Shown in pieces: positions 49,796-62,510 of a stretch of 64,000 nucleotides of DNA. The notes beneath the pieces are model-generated. The model did no database searches. It saw nothing but the letters and a program-made list of their open reading frames with translations, and was not told the DNA's origin. Location: contig RDEW01000031.1 of assembly GCA_011109175.1 (NCBI GenBank), positions 380,807 to 444,806 on the forward strand, in the 5' to 3' direction. This DNA comes from Dicyema japonicum (taxonomy: Eukaryota > Animalia > Dicyemida). The translations under genes were made by a program, and so were the position numbers. Position 1 is the stretch's first letter, and each line of letters begins with the position of its first letter.

Positions 49796-50571
49796 ATGAT
49801 TTTTATGATTTTGTCAATTTTGTTCTTTAAGATTCTCAATGATTCAGAAAATATAACCGAAATTGCATTGTAAGTATAATTTCAGTAATTCAAGGGATAA
49901 ATTCAATTCAATGGATAAAAATAAAAACGGTAAAGTCGGAAAAAATGAATTCGTATATTACACAAAAGAAATGGGTTTCAACCGAATCTTGGAAAAAAAC
50001 AAAAAACTATTCACAGACAACAACATCACAGGCATGAACATTTCTCAATTGACAACTATTATGAAAATAGAGATCCCTGAAAATATATTTGAGACTCATG
50101 ATTTGAACAAAGATGGAGTTATCTCTCCGGAAGAACTGGTTTCTATATTGGATCCAGAAATCGATATAAATTACCAAATAATAAACGCCATGGTAATAAT
50201 GTGCGGTTAATGTCCTTTTAGAATTTTTTTATGGAGTTTTACGACAAAAATAATGACGGGATCCTCGATTTGGAGGAGTCAATTGGTTCTCGTTAAACTT
50301 AGTTTAGCGTGCAAACATTTGAATTTATATGCGTATGACACGGATGGAGACAACGTGCTTACAACAGAAGAATTAAAGCCTCTTGTGATTCAAAAATATG
50401 TAGACAATCGTCAAATAGACAGAATATTCAACCAAATTGATTTGGATAAAGTTGGTGAATAAATATTCATGTTAGAATAATTACATCTCCTTCGGTGAAT
50501 ACGTAGAAATGTTCAAAAAAGACCGAACATCAAAATCCTATGAAAATTTAGAATTCGACAAAGAATTATAA
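49796..50571 (+). CDS. Secretory-pathway multi-EF-hand Ca2+-binding protein (CREC/calumenin-reticulocalbin-like), four mini-introns
   Basis: Introns 49870-49894, 50193-50221, 50278-50302 and 50451-50475. The protein starts with a signal-like MIFMILSILFFKILN, has EF loops DKNKNGKVGKNE, DLNKDGVISPEE, DKNNDGILDLED, DTDGDNVLTTEE and DLDKNNYISFGE, and ends ...EFDKEL*. Confidence 0.85.
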
Positions 50572-51098
50572 TTCCAGTTTGTGATTATTTGGTTTTGATG
50601 ATTCAATCCTCTTTATTTTTATCCATGAATTAATACCAATTTGAAGCCACAATCAATTCCTCGAAATAGTTAGAGACTTGAATCCGACTCAATTATTAAC
50701 CTTTGAGCGAGATCAATGTTGGTAAATTTATAGTTTCCCAGGGTGAGTTTTTTCTCAAATACTAAGCTCAGACTCTCAAACAATGTCCATCTTCCAAATA
50801 TTGATATTGTTGTCCTGTGTGATCACCACATATTCATGTTCCATTCGTTTGCTTTCAATGGTTCTCTTGATCACTAGAGTAGGTTATATTCACTTTAGCA
50901 TCATGAACTAACTCACTTATCCGCAGATTATCTTAATGTTCTCTACTTATTAGTTTTGATGACAATCCCAATTGCTATTAATGATATTTTTAATCGTTTT
51001 ATCAAACACAAAGTCTTATTATTGAATGACCAGATATTCACAATAAAAATCGATAATAAAAGTATGAAATTTTTAATAATAAACATTATGCTCAAACT

Positions 51099-51939
51099 NN
51101 NNNNNNNNNNNNNNNNNNNNNNNNNNNNNNNNNNNNNNNNNNNNNNNNNNNNNNNNNNNNNNNNNNNNNNNNNNNNNNNNNNNNNNNNNNNNNNNNNNNN
51201 NNNNNNNNNNNNNNNNNNNNNNNNNNNNNNNNNNNNNNNNNNNNNNNNNNNNNNNNNNNNNNNNNNNNNNNNNNNNNNNNNNNNNNNNNNNNNNNNNNNN
51301 NNNNNNNNNNNNNNNNNNNNNNNNNNNNNNNNNNNNNNNNNNNNNNNNNNNNNNNNNNNNNNNNNNNNNNNNNNNNNNNNNNNNNNNNNNNNNNNNNNNN
51401 NNNNNNNNNNNNNNNNNNNNNNNNNNNNNNNNNNNNNNNNNNNNNNNNNNNNNNNNNNNNNNNNNNNNNNNNNNNNNNNNNNNNNNNNNNNNNNNNNNNN
51501 NNNNNNNNNNNNNNNNNNNNNNNNNNNNNNNNNNNNNNNNNNNNNNNNNNNNNNNNNNNNNNNNNNNNNNNNNNNNNNNNNNNNNNNNNNNNNNNNNNNN
51601 NNNNNNNNNNNNNNNNNNNNNNNNNNNNNNNNNNNNNNNNNNNNNNNNNNNNNNNNNNNNNNNNNNNNNNNNNNNNNNNNNNNNNNNNNNNNNNNNNNNN
51701 NNNNNNNNNNNNNNNNNNNNNNNNNNNNNNNNNNNNNNNNNNNNNNNNNNNNNNNNNNNNNNNNNNNNNNNNNNNNNNNNNNNNNNNNNNNNNNNNNNNN
51801 NNNNNNNNNNNNNNNNNNNNNNNNNNNNNNNNNNNNNNNNNNNNNNNNNNNNNNNNNNNNNNNNNNNNNNNNNNNNNNNNNNNNNNNNNNNNNNNNNNNN
51901 NNNNNNNNNNNNNNNNNNNNNNNNNNNNNNNNNNNNNNN
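51099..51939. other. Assembly gap (841 N)
   Basis: Run of n characters. Confidence 1.
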
Positions 51940-52372
51940 TTTGGTGGCATTAAAACCTCTTTCCCAGCTTTGAAATTATTGTACAAACAATTCATTGAGC
52001 CATCTGTCAGCTATGCCTGTACGTCATGGGGAATCAATCTGTCTTGGACGAACAAACAAAGAATCCAGGACATTTCGACCTTAACAGCCACTACTATTAG
52101 TAATCTCTGGAAACTAGAAAAACTAATATCCTCATCACTTGAAGACCTTATCCGACAAAATGAAAAGGGATTTGCTACCCTGTGCAGGCAGTGAAACTTT
52201 CAACAACACACAGCCATGACGCGTCTTATGAGAAAGGTATACATCACCTCTATCCGTTGATCCCAGAAGGCGCACAAAAAGAAAATGAGAAATCTAATTG
52301 AGGCCTTCAAAATCATTAAATAATTTAATAATTAAATTAACTATTGGTGTTCTTGGGTTAATAATAATAATA
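51940..52372 (+). mobile_element. LINE family A-related 3' end
   Basis: LYKQFIEPSVSYACTSW motif as at 39450-39500; ends GGTGTTCTTGGGTTAATAATAATAA. Confidence 0.7.
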
Positions 52373-53129
52373 TCCGTAATGGCATTAGTTGTTATCATAT
52401 TTCCATTCGTTTTCAGTCAATAGCATAGAATCAAATGGGTTGTCATATTTGTTGACATTTTAAGGATTTTGATAACGAGAAACATCGTGCTTTGCTTTTC
52501 CAATTATCACGAACATTAATTTTGTTATATTTGGTGAAATTGACAAAATTTTATGCACGGAAGGAATTTCTATGCATGGACAATACGTGTTGAATGTGGT
52601 AGAGCTGAAGAGAGGAGTCCCACAAGGCTATATCCACAGAGCTCTACAATTAATATTAATATAGTTTTCACTTTTCTGTCAAAGTAATAATTTGGAAGAA
52701 AGTTAAGAATATGTTAGAAATTAAGAGATGACACACCTAGAAGGATTGCTATTCAGTGCAGTGAACTCAAGAGATGCAGCCATAAAAGAAATTTGTTGAT
52801 GAAGTAAATCATGTAGACCTAAAATATTTACCAACCAGGCACTCCTCTGCAAGCGGAAAGTAAGACTAGGTGCGGAAATATTTTTGTTCATTTATGCACA
52901 TACAGTGATCCCTTATTTATGGACTTAAAATAGTACTTTTCAATTAAAAAAATAGTCGACTAATGGAAAATTAGATCCAATCAAGATAGCTCTCAGATAA
53001 TGTCTAGTGAAACCTTTGTTGTTTATCTAACGAAAACAGTCATATCTAGAGAAATTATTTATTGCAACTAAATTTCTATAAATGGCATTTTATGGCATCT
53101 AAATTTAAAGAGATTGCATTTATTATTAA

Positions 53130-53480
53130 ATTAACTACAGGCTTACAATCTTTGGTAAGCCCAGCACAAACAGTCATACCTAATTAATTCTAGGAAGGAA
53201 CCTAAGGGATAACATATGGTTATTCCGACCAAGTCAATCTTCCAAAACTCCATTACAGACTTCCGCTTCAGAAGAGAGGTGGAGATGTAGGAACGCCTTA
53301 TTTCATTTCCGACATCACTTTATTCTTCGGCAAAATAGTTATCATAGTGTTATCTTCAAAAAATTATGTTCAGGGAAAAGGTACGAAGATCACTTTTAAC
53401 TACTGTGCTGTACCAGAAAGAGTCGAATACTCCATTCTTCGGATTTTTGCCCACTAGAAAATCGACTAGTAATTCTGGTC
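53130..53480 (-). mobile_element. Third, 5'-truncated copy of the tRNA-Arg SINE
   Basis: Reverse complement TATGACTGTTTGTGCTGGGCTTAC-CAAAGATT-GTAAGCCTG matches the tail at 23770-23810. Confidence 0.7.
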
Positions 53481-53599
53481 GTAGAACTCGTGGCGAAGAT
53501 GTCAAATTTTATGAAAATAATATAACCATCATTCTTGGATTTTAAAAGTATTAGGGACAATTGCGGAGGACACTGGAGAAGACTCTAATCTACGAAGGA

Positions 53600-55150
53600 T
53601 CTTGTGATGATTAAAATATTTACGAAAAATCCTCTTTTCCGTTAGTACTAAACGTTTGTATTATAAATCACATTTTCATTTCTTTTACTCAGAAAACTCT
53701 CAAATCATGATATGCTTTATTTTTGTGAGTTTTGATGTTATGTCACTTACAATATGGAATCTATTTCCCCGGTGGCCTTTAGTTCTAAGATTTCTCTTTC
53801 TTTCCTCTGTTCTTTATCTCTTTATTACGTTAGCGTCAAGTGATCAAACTGTCTCGAATGAAACCCAATGTCTCCACGGAACTAAACCGGTTGAGTTAGC
53901 AAGAGTGAAATCAAGAAATTGAGGTGGTTGAATTATGTAACTAAAAATTAATTTTTTATTGAAAAGGTAACAAGTTTGTTAGTGCTGTCACTCAATGCGA
54001 GATTGGGTTTGATTTCCTCACTCCTATCTGCCAGGTCGATGGATTCTGTTCAGCTAAGTATCTCATTAAATTCTAAGAAAAACCAGTTGAGCTATTTGTA
54101 TTAGAAGGCGCCCACTGCATCAAAAAAAGTATACCTCCTTCCTACCCCACTTGAGGGTTTCCCATAATGAGAGTGCAACGTATTTCACCATACATTTGCC
54201 ACCTTAATATCCCCACACTCATCAGTTGATCTGTCTTTACGATTTCAGTGGCGACTTTAACCATATTCTCATCTTGATAAAGGGAAAACTCCTCACGGAG
54301 AGGAAACTGGTGTTAATCAAAAACTAACTTCAACTGGAAGAAATATGCAACGTATTTCACCATACATTTGCCACCTTAATATCCCCACACTCATCAGTTG
54401 ATCTGTCTTTACGATTTCAGTGGCGACTTTAACCATATTCTCATCTTGATAAAGGGAAAACTCCTCACGGAGAGGAAACTGATGTTAATCAAAAACTAAC
54501 TTCAACTGGAAGAAATAGTGGAATTGGAATTGTAAATCAGAAGAAAGACATATAATAAATAAATGAAAGAACTTATAGTAGATTCCAAGAAAGATTTATG
54601 GTATATTTCAAAAAAAGACTTGTTCAATACTTAAGAGGGTTCTATACTTGTATGTAAGCGTGGATATTTCTACCCTTCCAACAAGATACATCCATGGAAC
54701 TTAGTAACAATGCCATGCCAATTGCATAAATTAAACAGTGACTTTTATCATCAATTGTTCGAAAAAAATTCCGGTTTTGTCTGCAAATGTCTTGGTGATA
54801 TATTCTCATCTCAACAACTCCCACAATATCTTNTTCTACCCTTCCAACAAGATACATCCATGGAACTTAGTAACAATGCCATGTCAATTGCATAAATTAA
54901 ACAGTGACTTTTATCATCAATTGTTCGAAAAAAATTCCGGTTTTGTCTGCAAATGTCTTGGTGATATATTCTCATCTCAACAACTCCCACAATATCTTAG
55001 TATAAATTCTAGTATCAGACTCAATGTTCCGAAAAAAAATAATTTTAACATAAGATTCAAAAATTTCTAAAGAGCGATGTGCCACGTGGATCATCAATGT
55101 TTTATATAAATGAAAAAAAAATTTCTTTTTCTCAGTAAGTTCTGGAATGT
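53600..55150 (-). pseudogene. Decayed hAT-like transposase relic with local duplications
   Basis: Minus frames EREILELKATGEI and NMVKVATEIV loosely resemble hAT transposase segments; many stops. Confidence 0.35.
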
Positions 55151-55199
55151 GATTCTTTTGACCGTAGTTATATAACATTGTTTTCAATTCCGAGACTTC

Positions 55200-56170
55200 C
55201 CCTCTTATCCACCTCCACTATCTTTAAATATAGAAATTCGGTTCTAAGACAGTCAAACCCCGAGGTCATCCATGCGTGAATGAAGTTCTGATTTTGACAT
55301 ATCCACGTATCTGTTTCTGCTTGCAATAATTACATCGTCAGCATATGTTAGAAGAATTGAATCAGACCCCCCAGGGCAGGGTAAGTCGGTTAAGAATCCC
55401 CGGACAGTAAGAAAATTGGCTTTAAAGTCATATGGATGGAGACGTTGAAGACCATTTTTTCTTTTTTAGCAGGATTCTCGGGACTGAGTCAAACGCCATA
55501 GATGCCGCTTGGGTTCTTTGAAGCCTTCAAGATGAATTGTGCCATTGAAATTAAGTCCGTTGCATGGAGATTCGCGCTATCTGAATCTATGGTCCACAGA
55601 GTCAATTCAATACATCAGCTTTCTCCACGTAATGGATCAACAGTTGACCCACTACTCATGTAAGCTAAGATCCGTAGTTGTGGCTCCGGATTTCTTCGCG
55701 TCTGTGAGGATGATGGAAACCCGCTTCGCCTGATCCTTTCCATGGCAAGAGAAAACCGATTGGATAAGAAATTCCCATCCCCGATCGGATTCCTCTGCAA
55801 GACAGAGAGAAGGCTCTTCCGGAAAGTAGTGGGGACGATGGAAGATCACAGACGTCGAATGGCACAATTGATTGCGAGGACTGGGATCACCTAACTGCTT
55901 GACTCTTTTGTCTTTCTTTCTCGGTGTTCCCGGGGTTATAAAAAATTAAGTGTTTTTTTAGAACGCTTCGATGTAAATACGTGTTGGTAGTGACATAATG
56001 GAAACTGAGGCTTAATTTTCCAAAACACAAGTTTTTCCACGAGGCGCGATAACGCACACGTCAGGGATATCGGGAGGAAAGATGAAGGTGAGACTTTCGG
56101 TTTCCCTGATTTTACGACGGGTATGATATGTGGGTTCTATTTAAAACAAAGTAAAAATTCAAGTAATTGA
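55200..56170 (-). mobile_element. Older LINE RT relic, split by a younger insertion
   Basis: HIIPVVKSGKPKVSPSSFLPISLTC (right of the insert) and LLTYADDVIIA (left of the insert) lie in RT order on the minus strand. Confidence 0.65.
55557..55941 (+). mobile_element. Young 5'-truncated family A insertion with 9-bp TSD
   Basis: High similarity by eye to 38131-38535; AAATTAAGT at 55548-55556 and 55942-55950. Confidence 0.85.
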
Positions 56171-56499
56171 TCTGATTGCATTATCTCCAAGAAGCTTTAG
56201 CAAAATTCTAGGAATACCATCTGGAACACACGTATATGACTTCTTCGTAGATTAGCTTCCTTAATATTTGGAGGTGTAATACTTCATCAGGGATTCCTGG
56301 ATTTAATGAAGTTGAAAAAAATTAAATAGAATAAATAAAATATTTGTAATTAAATTATTTTTATTGGCCTTGAGTTGATGGGTCATAGTTCTATTTGAAT
56401 GTCTTTTTTCGAATGTTCGTGTCTAAAATTTTTTTGAAAGTAATTAGTACAAAGTTGAAATAGTGGTTGGTAATAAAACAACGTTGAAATTTTGATGGT

Positions 56500-56715
56500 G
56501 GAATAAGCTGTAGTGAGGATGATTCCAAAACCAGGGAAGCCAAAGAGAGATTCGGCGAGATACAGGCCACTTAGCTTAATATGTTCTTTCGCGAAAGTGA
56601 ATGAACGTATCAATTTCAAAAGGCTAAGCAGACATATAGAGGAGAATGACTTTCTGATTCCGGAGCAGTGGGATTTTCGTATCGGAAGAGGCTGTGCAGA
56701 CTGTTTCTACTAAAT
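56500..56715 (+). mobile_element. Jockey-like RT fragment
   Basis: MIPKPGKPKRDSARYRPLSLICSFAKVNERINFKRL; same family as 12060-12250. Confidence 0.7.
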
Positions 56716-57036
56716 TCTGAAATCATAAAAGCAAGGAATTTCAAAAAATCATGCGAACTCTGAATAAGCCGTGGGAAAAGTACTTGAAACAGAAATACAC
56801 AGAAAATGAACAATGCACACAATCTGCATTATTTGGGACTGGACTATGGACAGGTGGGAGATAACATTGACGACATAAGGAGAGGAGGAAGAGAGCCTTT
56901 TAGTCAATCCTATGTACACAAAAGTTACACGTTAGCCGTGGCATTTATTTGTTCATTTTCAAGTGAGTTGTTTTGCCTAGTCTACTTTATGGGTCCGTAA
57001 CCATGCAAGGGATTTCATTAATGGCTCCGTAACCAT

Positions 57037-57435
57037 TTGATTTGGAGTGATAAGTTGACTTATCAGTCCGGACACAAAGATTGCCCCGGGTTCTCATGCT
57101 ATACAACAATAACTAACAGTGCAGTTAGGCTACTCAAACTGGTAGAGACTGACATTTCGCTAGAGGGAAGAATCGTAAAACACAGATTGGCGTTCTTTGG
57201 GCATGTTGTCCGCTCTGATTCACTGGAAAGAACCATTATGCTGAGCAATATTACTGGGAAGAGAAGACCTGGCCGACCAAGGACTCGTTGGGTATCGATG
57301 GTGGAAGACGTCACGGGAATGCCTATATCAAGGCTACTCAAAATTGCAAAGGATCGGGGAGAGTGGAGGAAACTCGTTCATGAGATCTCCAAGGGTCGGA
57401 CACGACTAAATTGAACAATATAACATAACATAGCA
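57037..57435 (+). mobile_element. RTE-1/BovB-like LINE 3' end
   Basis: RLAFFGHVVRSDSLERTIML..GKRRPGRPRTRW..DRGEWRKLV..RTRLN*, followed by a (TAACA)n tail. Confidence 0.8.
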
Positions 57436-58051
57436 GTTAGGGACCGTTAACATTCCGCTGTGAAATTTTTAAATCAATGTTAAAATGATTTTTTCGAGAT
57501 TAAATCAAAGATGGAAGACATGGGCAGATATCCAGGTTACAAGTACAGAGATGAAGTGGACCTTACATGTGGTTACAATGACTTAATGTCAGTTTAATAG
57601 GAATAATTTATTTTTTAATGAAGCCGACAAATCTTAAATATCATATCTCAAAAAGGCAGACGAATTTGTTTCTGGCCAGAAGTCAAACTATTTCTAGAGA
57701 TCTGCTTTGTGGAGATTAATTAAGAAACCTTCACCTTTGTGGAGATTTATCCAGGATTCCAAAACTAACCTCTGGAGAAAGCTTGGAATGGACACAAGGA
57801 TCACTTAATTTGACGGCATCTTGAAAGGGACACTGGTTAATAAATTAAATTAATATATAAAGAATTTAAATTCGAAAAATAAGATCATTTTAAAGGTAAA
57901 ATGTGTTAGATAAGTTATCTGAGGTTAGTAATTCAAAAATTAGGCAACAGATCCCCGTCTACAAAAAATTAAAAAAATAAACCTTTGCCTGAAACTTCCA
58001 AATGATGAAGAAATGTTAAATGAAGAAGGATTTTTTCTGAGGATTATTTAA

Positions 58052-60285
58052 TCAAATATACTTTTTGTATATAAAGACGCCAACTACAACCGCGATAACT
58101 GCGAGAATGCCGAAAAAGATGCCGACCCCAAGACCAACACTTTTTTTGGAAGGACCTATATGCTAGAGAACAAAGTTCTACCAGATGTTGATGCTGAATA
58201 GGTTGCCGAATCTAAGAAAATAAAAATTCATCATACGGTATCCAACACAGACAGCTATGTGTTTTTCTTTGCATCTTGTGGCAATCCATGATCCATTTTG
58301 TGCAACAGTAATGCAAACTATTCCATCGTCATTATAAAATGGTTCGTTAGGAGCCCATGGAGTACGGTCCTAATAATGAGACTGTTAATAGAAACAGGTT
58401 CATCCCCAATCCACGTAAGAGTGGTGTCATTCCATAAAACTCTGTAGTCCATAAAAAATCTCTGATTTTTGATTTCTAAAATCAGGTTTGCTATTACCTT
58501 TATTCAATTCCTTAATTACGTAGGTAGAAGTTGTCTTGACCAGGGAAAGACCAAACTGAGAACAGAGTCTTGCAGAATCGTGATAAGATAATATTCTCCC
58601 AAACATTGTGTAAGTTTTTGAATTTAATTTAACTGAGTATGTCTCATTTTCTAAATCTAAAAATATTTATTCATTTATACGCCAGAAATTATTTGTGCAG
58701 TTTATGTTGGAGTAATTGTCTAAATAAATAACAAATTAAACAATTATTGTCATTTTTATAACAAACGAATCGAGTGTTGTAGCATTTATCGTTAATCCAT
58801 TTCCCCGAAGCATATTGAGCATAGACGCACCCATATTTTTTGGAATCCTTAGGATAACCTGTATCCCAGTTAGTAAAATTCTTAAATAAAATAAGAAAAG
58901 TACTGATTTGAGTTGGTCTCCTCTCATGAGCACGTGATTAAGGTAGACAGAACCATAGTTTAATCCAATATCGAATTCGACATTTTCTATAATTCAGTTT
59001 TAAATAAAAACCAAAAACAGCACAATTTTCGACAGAATTAAATGGAGCATAGAGAACCGCATTCTTCATAGCACAAACATTAAGTGCCTGATCTCTTGTA
59101 GCCAAAAAGTCAAACACATAGAAAGAATTGTTCTGAAAATAAAATATCTGTGAAAAATAGTCTAAAGTAAATATTAGAATTCTACGGAATTTGTTTTCTT
59201 CACTGCAGTCTTTTGGGGTGGCACCATTAATTACGGAATCTGTTTTTATTAGATTACAAAAACACCTGATTCACAGATAATATATGCAGGTTCTTGACAA
59301 TCCATGGTTGCAAATTCTCCAGTCATATAATCACGTACCACACATTCTTTGTATATCATATCCAGTGACCCCCATGGAAGATATGACTAAATTATTTAAA
59401 ATCTAAAAACCGCTAAATAGTTTTTTTCTGTCATATAAGTATTGTTCCCATAATTTAGAATTCCAACGAAAGATGGAGCAACAACTAACTCTATAATTGT
59501 ATTGATAATTTATAAATACCATGAACAGCACAGTTTTCAGTTCCATCATTTGGAATGAAGAGATAACCATTGTGGTCGTACTTGCAAATTTGTCTTGCGG
59601 TTGCATAGTCCCTGGCTGCCTTATAGATGTAATATGTGTGTCCTCTGAATGTAGTCATACTGTCGTAGGGTACTAAAGTTATAATTCGCTTTCAACTATT
59701 AATCCTTTTCCCGGAAGTTATATTTAGTCCATTTGATGCGATTTTATCTATTTTTATTATTGTTACTACCTGCTTCACAAATCCAGAATGCTTTACGATA
59801 TTGGTTGGCGACTCTCCATTTGCCTGACCGTGCCATCATTTTGACTGCTGACCAATAGTAAGGTTTTGAAGCTGTAGTATCCCAATTGGAGTATGTCTAC
59901 TTTATTAAATGAATAATACAATAGCTTTATATGTGTGATCAACGTAAAATATTTCTGTTCCATAACCCAATCTCCATACTCCAATACCTCTGTCTCTATA
60001 GATAACGCCTAAAATTGCTAGACAGTTCAAACTATTCAAAGCATCATTTTCTTCTTGATTTTCAATATACACGTTATAATATTTATAAACGTGGCAATAA
60101 TAACTGTGGTACACATAGTACCAGTCTAATGCTGAAAGGTAATACGCATGTCCATTGTAATTGTATGGAGTTTCATAAAACTTCACTAAAAATAATAGAA
60201 TTAGTGAATACATCCGAAGCAGTCACTGATCAATACTAAAATTGTTAAAGATATACTTACGAGTCACAGCTAATAGTAGAATCAT
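58052..60285 (-). CDS. Type-I membrane protein with signal peptide, four tandem C-type lectin-like domains, TM helix and 4-5 aa tail (mannose-receptor-like architecture); many mini-introns
   Basis: Spliced: MILLLAVTLLISDCFG|LKFYETPY...YSNWD..GKW..FWICE; ARQICKYDHNGYL..ECVV..MDCQEPAYIICES; QALNVCAMKNAVL..FTNWDTGYP..GCV..GKWINDKCYNTRFVC; SARLCSQFGLSL..PWAPNEP..VCI..GSWIATRCKEKHIAVC; TM VGLGVGIFFGILAVIAVVVGVFIY-KKYI*. A few internal junctions are approximate. Confidence 0.85.
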
Positions 60286-61212
60286 TTAACATTATTCTGA
60301 TTCGTCGCCTTATATTTACTTTTTAATGTTCAGAACATTTAAATATCTTAATTATTCCTTTGTTTGAAAATATCATTAAAAATAATCATTCTTAGATTAT
60401 TTTCTGTAAATATTGCTTATTAATATATTGGATTCCACAGTCGACTGCTTCTGTCATCGGATTGTTTCGACAAATTCCATAATGCAGAGCTAAACAGTCA
60501 CGTATCTGAGATTGGAGGAAAAACCCCATCAATGTTGGTATTTTTTATTATCTGCCCATTTCTATTGTTGAATTAATTACATCCAATTATGTCAACTGTT
60601 TGGATTTTTGAGTTATATATTTATCCTTGAATATTTTTAAATTAGGATTCTTAGAAGTGAATTCTATGTCCAACAAGTCTTCATTGGATGCCGTGGAAAC
60701 TTGAATTCTGTTAATCGTCTGTCTGAAGAACCACGTCCATCATCCAACCAATGTACCATGACTACTTTCTAGAATTTGGAGGCTAATTTATTTGGCTAGT
60801 AGAGGGATTATTGATTTGTCATCATTTCACTGAGGTCAGCATCCAACAGTCAATAGATTAAAGTCCCTCTTGGATCTCTTAGATGATGTCTAACACTTAT
60901 TAAGGAAATATCCCTTCGTCTTGGTCTCTCTATGTTGGCAGAATCAGTATAGAACAGACGCATTTATAAAAGTTTCGAATTCGCATCTCAGATGAGTGCC
61001 TATTCTCTAGGAAGAACGCAAACAATGGAAGAAGGAGGATATACCATGAGGTAACATGCATAGAGTTAGTATTTTTGCCAATGCACGTGCATAGTTATGC
61101 CATGACTCAGAGGCGATAAATCGTTTAGAATGGCAATTTATCTGAATTTAAGCTGGTATATTGTTAGAACGAATTGTTACAAAATAAACCAGTTTGCTGT
61201 TAAGAAAGTTCT

Positions 61213-62510
61213 TTGTATGAGAAATGTAATGCTTCTGATAATTTACAGATTAACCCATTAAACTGCGGTAAAATAATTAAATGCAAACCTCACGTTGTCC
61301 AAGTATCTCTGATGAGCCTCACACGATACCAAAAGGAACATTACACTGGATCATTCTTTGGGGGGACCAACTCACTGCGCAAAATTCTATTTCTAATTGC
61401 TCTGGACAGAATAAAAGCCCCACTACGTGGATGTATCGAAGCTAGCCAAAATGGGTTTGTCTCTGTAAGATCAACTTCCGATGCCGTTTGGAGCCACAAA
61501 TGGATGTATGCTTCATGCCAAAAATATAAAGAGGAGTACCACATAATCAACCTATCTAAGGCATTTGACTCAATCAGCAGAGTCAATATGATACAAATAT
61601 TAACACCACTACTCGAGGAAGATTGCATCAGAATAATTCGTTATCTACTCTCATCCACTCAACTATTTATCCAGCTCGGAAATTAGAAATCCAGAGTATT
61701 CGGAATAAACAAGGGCACCCCAAGGAGACGCCCGATCCCCGGTCTTATTCATCGCATATCTGGAGGCGACCCTACGAGATGCCAGGAATAATATCCCCAG
61801 ACATATAATAGAAGTCATCTTAGCAGATGACATAGATCTCACGGCAACAGACCACCAGTTAAAAGGTATTATTGACAAATTGACCAAAACATTTGAAAAT
61901 CATTCCTAAAAATTAACAAAGAAAACAGAATATACTATAGTAAGGCATACTTCGAAGAAAATCACTAGCAGCTTTTGCTCTTGAAAGACTAAACAACGTA
62001 TGGTTACGAGGTAAACAAATTTCTGCCTCTTTAAAAATCAAATTATACAATATGTTCGTGAAACCGGTTTTACTGTTCAACTCTTCTACCTGGGCACTCA
62101 CAATGTCTGAAATGGAAAGTCTGAACTCCTTTCATAGAATGCAGCTCAGATACATTCTAAGAATTTCCTGGCCAAAGCACACCTCAAATAAACACCTCTA
62201 TTTCCACTACAATATCCACTCATTGGACGGAGAAATAAGAAGTAACAGATGGGACTTATTTGGTCACATCTTAAAAATGGACAGCAATACTCCCGGTAAT
62301 CTTGCGATGTAACACCACTATGCTCCTCATCCGGAATCGACTTTCCGCAGAAGACCACAAATTACTCTCCCAACCCTTCTACATCAAGACCTAACTTCGA
62401 TTGAGGAAAGGGTTGACGTCGGCAGATGGTCTTGAGCACCTGAGAGGCCTATCGAGGAACAGAGGGAACTGGAAGCGATTAACAAAGCGCATCCAGGAGA
62501 GGGTGACATA
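61213..62510 (+). mobile_element. RTE LINE, RT plus 3' end, frameshifted
   Basis: NLSKAFDSISR, LADDIDL, FVKPVLLFNSSTW and RWDLFGHILKMD motifs. Confidence 0.85.

Noticed and set aside
50943-52194. 350-aa and 412-aa ORFs in the ORF track
   Set aside because: Artefacts of translating through the N gap.
53656-53922. Hydrophobic 88-aa plus-strand ORF
   Set aside because: It overlaps antisense to a probable hAT relic and has no independent support.
54173-54516. ~173-bp tandem duplicate containing CTGATGA...GAAA on the minus strand (hammerhead?)
   Set aside because: Stems II and III cannot form properly. The region looks like hAT debris, and the duplication may be an assembly effect like its neighbours.
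55200-55950. Apparent 5'-inverted (twin-primed) LINE
   Set aside because: The 9-bp TSD and the continuation of the antisense RT beyond 55950 show two independent nested insertions.
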